Positions 60,313 to 64,000 of a stretch of 64,000 nt of DNA are shown here, piece by piece. The notes beneath the pieces are model-generated. The model was given only the letters and a program-made list of their open reading frames with translations. It made no database searches and was not told the origin of the DNA. The translations under genes were made by a program, and so were the position numbers. Location of the stretch: the NCBI GenBank assembly GCA_051859245.1, contig JBHYGA010000006.1:224001-288000 (forward strand), given 5' to 3'. Position 1 is the first letter of the stretch, and every line of letters begins with the position of its first letter. Origin of the DNA: Gemmatimonadaceae bacterium (GTDB lineage Bacteria > Gemmatimonadota > Gemmatimonadetes > Gemmatimonadales > Gemmatimonadaceae).

Positions 60313-61206
60313 CTACGCCGGCTCCCCGAGCGCCGTATCCTCGGCGTCCCGGTTGACCCAGCGGAAGAAGACCACCGTCATCACCGCGTAGAAGAACACC
60401 CCACCCGGAATCCACATGATCAGCCCACCATACTGCTGATCATCGAGTGGTGTGATGCCCATGATGCGCGGCGCTGTGGCGTAGGCCGGGTACAACAAGG
60501 AGTCGGCCATCACGATGTAGATGGACACCACCGACATCGGAATCACCATCAAAAAACAGAACAACATCTGACCTGGGAACGCGAGTCGCGGAAGCTCCGC
60601 CATGCGACTCGTGAGCGGCCACCACATGAGCACCGCGGTGCTGATGAACATCAGATGCTGCGTAATGTGCACCGCGTGAAACTCAAGCGCTGCGTTGTAC
60701 ATCGGCGGCAAGTGCCACACCGCGAGCACCACATTGAACCAGAGAAAACTGCTGGCCGTTGTGGTGAGCATGCGAAAGACGCGGCCAACCACCGGCACGC
60801 GCAACAACGGACGCAGCATCCACCCCGGCGTGCCGAACAACAACAGTGGCGGCACCACCAGTGTGAGAATCAAGTGCTGCACCATGTGCGCACTGAACAG
60901 GTAATAGTCGCTCAAATCATGCAGCGGACCGTTCAGTGTGAAGAACAGCAGGAACAGCGCCTGAAAAAATGACGCGCGCTGCGCAATGCTTGGTCCGTCG
61001 GCTTCGTCGCCCGCCGCAGGCGTGCCAGTGAGTGAATCGCCGTGCGCCGTTGGCGCGAGCGGAAGCGCGGGTTGCAGATCAAGTGCAGACGGCCCTTGAC
61101 GCGCTCTCCAGAGGTAGAGCGCGCCAAGGGCCGAAAGTCCGATCACTGTACTCGGGTGAACCGTGAAGCTCGCGCCGAGATCTACTGCAGGGTGCAACAG
61201 CAACAT
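60313..61206 (-). CDS. ctaG: caa3-type cytochrome c oxidase assembly factor
   Basis: LFSAHMVQH, WHLPPMY, DQQYGGLIMWIPG. Confidence 0.88.
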   Translation of the reverse strand: MLLLHPAVDLGASFTVHPSTVIGLSALGALYLWRARQGPSALDLQPALPLAPTAHGDSLTGTPAAGDEADGPSIAQRASFFQALFLLFFTLNGPLHDLSDYYLFSAHMVQHLILTLVVPPLLLFGTPGWMLRPLLRVPVVGRVFRMLTTTASSFLWFNVVLAVWHLPPMYNAALEFHAVHITQHLMFISTAVLMWWPLTSRMAELPRLAFPGQMLFCFLMVIPMSVVSIYIVMADSLLYPAYATAPRIMGITPLDDQQYGGLIMWIPGGVFFYAVMTVVFFRWVNRDAEDTALGEPA

Positions 61207-61225
61207 GATGGTGCCGGAAACGGCC

Positions 61226-61573
61226 TCAGCTCAGCAGGCCGAGTCGAATCGACAACTTGCTGAACAGGAACATCAGGCCGATCAAAGTGAGTGCCGCAAT
61301 GATGAGCGGCCCGGTAAACAATGAACGGAACAGTTTGTGATCGTACTTGAGGTGCATGTAGTACATGACCACCAGCACGAACTTGATCGTTGACAGCGTG
61401 AGCATGCTCGGCACGTACACCCAGCTCGTTTCCCACGCCGGGATGTAGAACGCGGAAACTTCCACCGCCGTGATCACAAACAGGATAACGGCAATCTTCC
61501 AATACGTGCTCCAACCCGGATGCTCGTGACCATCAGCGTGCGCCCCTGCAGCGGGCGCGTGTTCATTAGCCAT
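61226..61573 (-). CDS. Cytochrome c oxidase subunit IV family
   Basis: ITAVE, KFVLVVMYYMHLKYD. Confidence 0.88.
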   Translation of the reverse strand: MANEHAPAAGAHADGHEHPGWSTYWKIAVILFVITAVEVSAFYIPAWETSWVYVPSMLTLSTIKFVLVVMYYMHLKYDHKLFRSLFTGPLIIAALTLIGLMFLFSKLSIRLGLLS

Positions 61574-61582
61574 TTGCGCCCC

Positions 61583-62269
61583 TTACTTGATGAGGTACAC
61601 GAGCGTGAAGATCACGATCCAGATCACGTCAACGAAGTGCCAGTACAACGCGGCAATGTCCACATTTGTGGCATCACTCGGCTGCAAACCACGCTTGTAA
61701 TCAATCGCGAGCAACGAGAACAACCAGCAGACACCAACCGCCACGTGCGCACCGTGGAAACCGGTGAGCGTAAAGAAGCTCGAACCAAACAGGTTCGTGC
61801 GAATGCTCAGTCCTTCACGAATGAAGGCGGTGAACTCGAACGCCTGGAAGCCCAGAAACGATACGCCCATCAGGCACGTGACCCAAAGCCACAGCTTGCT
61901 CGAGCCAAGAATTTTTTCGCCGAGCGTGTGCTTGGGCAGGTTCTTGTTCTGTACAGCCGCGAGCGCCAGCACCATCGCGAACGATGACATCAGCAGCACA
62001 AACGTGGACGCCGATGTGACCGGAATATCGAGAATGGCCGGGAACACCTTCCCTGTCGCGGGCTCCGTCCACGGCTCATGCGGGAACGGGCCCTTGATCG
62101 AACGTCCCTTGTAAATCAGGTACGTGGAAATGAGCGACGCAAAGAGCATGCATTCGGACCCGATGAAGGTCCAGATCGCCACCTTGCGGTTGTCGAGACC
62201 GAGCGTGGTGTAGTGGCCGCCGTGGCCAGGTTCACCATGTTCGACATGGGGAGCAGTGGTCGCGGTCAT
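61583..62269 (-). CDS. ctaE: Cytochrome c oxidase subunit III
   Basis: WTFIGSE, FFTLTGFHGAHV, LYWHFVDVIW. Confidence 0.95.
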   Translation of the reverse strand: MTATTAPHVEHGEPGHGGHYTTLGLDNRKVAIWTFIGSECMLFASLISTYLIYKGRSIKGPFPHEPWTEPATGKVFPAILDIPVTSASTFVLLMSSFAMVLALAAVQNKNLPKHTLGEKILGSSKLWLWVTCLMGVSFLGFQAFEFTAFIREGLSIRTNLFGSSFFTLTGFHGAHVAVGVCWLFSLLAIDYKRGLQPSDATNVDIAALYWHFVDVIWIVIFTLVYLIK

Positions 62270-62270
62270 A

Positions 62271-64000
62271 CTAGTGTGCATCCTCGAGCGGCGTCATCAG
62301 CCAGTTGTACAGTGCAGTAATCCACCACAGCGCGCCGGTGATCATGATGCCGATGGCGAGCTTGATGTTGGAATCGGTGAAGAGCATGCCGCTGAACATG
62401 AAGATGACACCCGCTGCGCAGATGAGCGGCATGATCGACGGATTCGGCATCGTAATGCCGAGCTGCTTCGCGGTTTTCTGAACGTGTCCCGCTTCTTCGG
62501 CGACCGTGGTCGGCTTGGAGACCACTGTGCCCTTGAGATCCCACAGCGGATAACGCGACGTGATCTTGGGCAGCTCGTCGAAGTTGTGCTCCGGCGGCGG
62601 TGAAGGAATCGCCCACTCGATCGTTGGCGCGCCCCACGGGTTGCTCGAGGCACGCTCGCCAGACTTCCACGACTTCCACAGGTTGATCAAACCAAACAGT
62701 GTGCCGAGCATGAGCACGAGCGTGCCGATGGACGAGAGCATGTTGAACAGGTCGAGTCCCTGACCGGCGTCGTACTGATACGTGCGGCGCGGCATGCCGA
62801 GCAGTCCGCTGAAGTGCATCGGGAAGAACGTCAGGTTCATGCCGATCAGCGACAGCCAGAAGTGCCAGTTACCGAGCTTCTCGCTCATGAAACGGCCGCT
62901 CATTTTCGGGAAGTAGTAATACAACCCGGCAAAGAGACCGAACATCGAGCCACCAAAGAGCACGTAGTGAAAGTGCGCCACGATGAAATATGTATCCGTC
63001 TGCTGCAAGTCGGCCGGCGGCGACGAGTGCATCACGCCGGAAATACCACCGATCGTGAACATGCCCACGAGTGCCACACCAAACTTCATGGCCACGGTGA
63101 AGCGCAACTGGCCGTCCCACATGGTGGCCATCCAGTTGAAGATCTTCACACCGGTTGGAATCGCGATCAGCATCGTGGTGAGTGAGAACACCGCGTCGGC
63201 GATCGGGCCCATGCCCACCGAGAACATGTGGTGAGCCCACACGCCGAATCCGAGGAAGCCGATGAGGATACCGGAGTACACCATGACCGGATAACCGAAC
63301 AGCGGCTTCTTGGAGAACGTGGGCAACACTTCGGAGACGAGACCGAAGGCCGGCAGAATGAGGATGTAAACCTCGGGGTGTCCGAACACCCAGAACAGAT
63401 GCTGCCACAGCAGCGGGTCAGCGCCGGCGCCAATCGCGTAGAAGTTCGTACCAAAGAATCGGTCGAACTGCAGGAACACGAGCGCCACGGTGATGACCGG
63501 GAACGCGAGTGCCACCAGGAACTGCACCACGAACGACATCCACGTAAAGATCGGCATGCGCATCAGGTGCATACCTGGCGCGCGCATGTTGATGATCGTG
63601 GTGATGAAGTTGAACGCGGCGGCAAGTGACGAGATGCCGAGGATCTGCAGACCCAGCACCCAGAAATCCATGTTGATCTGGGGCGAGAACTGCTTCGTGC
63701 TCAGCGGCGCGTAACCGAACCATCCACCATCTGGAGCCACCGAGAAGAAAATCGGCACCGTGATGAAAATACCGCCCAGCAAATACACCCAGTAACTGAA
63801 CGCGTTGAGTCGCGGAAACGCCACGTCTCGCGCGCCAATCTGGAGCGGTATGAGGAAGTTGAAGAACGCAGCCGATAGCGGCATGATGGCGAGGAACACC
63901 ATCGTGGTGCCGTGCATCGTGAACAGCTGGTTGTACATGTCGGCCGACAACACCTGTCCGTTTGGTGTGGCGAGCTGCGCACGAATCAGCGCGGCCTCCA
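62271..64000 (-). CDS. ctaD: Cytochrome c oxidase subunit I (5'-truncated by window edge)
   Basis: TMHGT, WVFGHPEVY, VWAHHM, AHFHYV, GMPRR; frame is open to the window end. Confidence 0.97.
   Translation of the reverse strand, partial: EAALIRAQLATPNGQVLSADMYNQLFTMHGTTMVFLAIMPLSAAFFNFLIPLQIGARDVAFPRLNAFSYWVYLLGGIFITVPIFFSVAPDGGWFGYAPLSTKQFSPQINMDFWVLGLQILGISSLAAAFNFITTIINMRAPGMHLMRMPIFTWMSFVVQFLVALAFPVITVALVFLQFDRFFGTNFYAIGAGADPLLWQHLFWVFGHPEVYILILPAFGLVSEVLPTFSKKPLFGYPVMVYSGILIGFLGFGVWAHHMFSVGMGPIADAVFSLTTMLIAIPTGVKIFNWMATMWDGQLRFTVAMKFGVALVGMFTIGGISGVMHSSPPADLQQTDTYFIVAHFHYVLFGGSMFGLFAGLYYYFPKMSGRFMSEKLGNWHFWLSLIGMNLTFFPMHFSGLLGMPRRTYQYDAGQGLDLFNMLSSIGTLVLMLGTLFGLINLWKSWKSGERASSNPWGAPTIEWAIPSPPPEHNFDELPKITSRYPLWDLKGTVVSKPTTVAEEAGHVQKTAKQLGITMPNPSIMPLICAAGVIFMFSGMLFTDSNIKLAIGIMITGALWWITALYNWLMTPLEDAH

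Overview
GC-rich bacterial chromosomal segment. Gene content and style (ADOP permease, PEP-CTERM protein, Big_2 lipoproteins, caa3 oxidase, GT39) suggest Gemmatimonadota; this is an inference. Positions ~1-27 kb are an accessory-looking mix of hydrolases, two-component systems, ABC-F, NDH-2, methyltransferases and a surface-protein locus. Positions ~27-64 kb are mostly housekeeping: map, cydAB, acyl-CoA dehydrogenase, fluC, M20 peptidase, MCP, aspA, dacB and the cta operon. I found no rRNA, tRNA, CRISPR array, transposase or integrase. Four observations stand out. (1) Three tandem secreted collagen-like paralogs have diverged in sequence, yet each has exactly 20 Gly-X-Y triplets in the same register, which makes them a candidate bacterial heterotrimeric (C1q-like) collagen. 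(2) A candidate copper-responsive operon runs CsoR-type operator, His/Cys-rich leader ending PPPRA, structured intergenic RNA, outer-membrane barrel, then an internally duplicated 6-His periplasmic protein. (3) A sigma28-driven operon joins an MCP, a beta-barrel and a small binding protein. (4) A four-copy intergenic hairpin element has a conserved bulged core and outer stems that are unrelated in sequence but self-complementary. Start codons were chosen by eye; family assignments come from motif recognition, not database searches.
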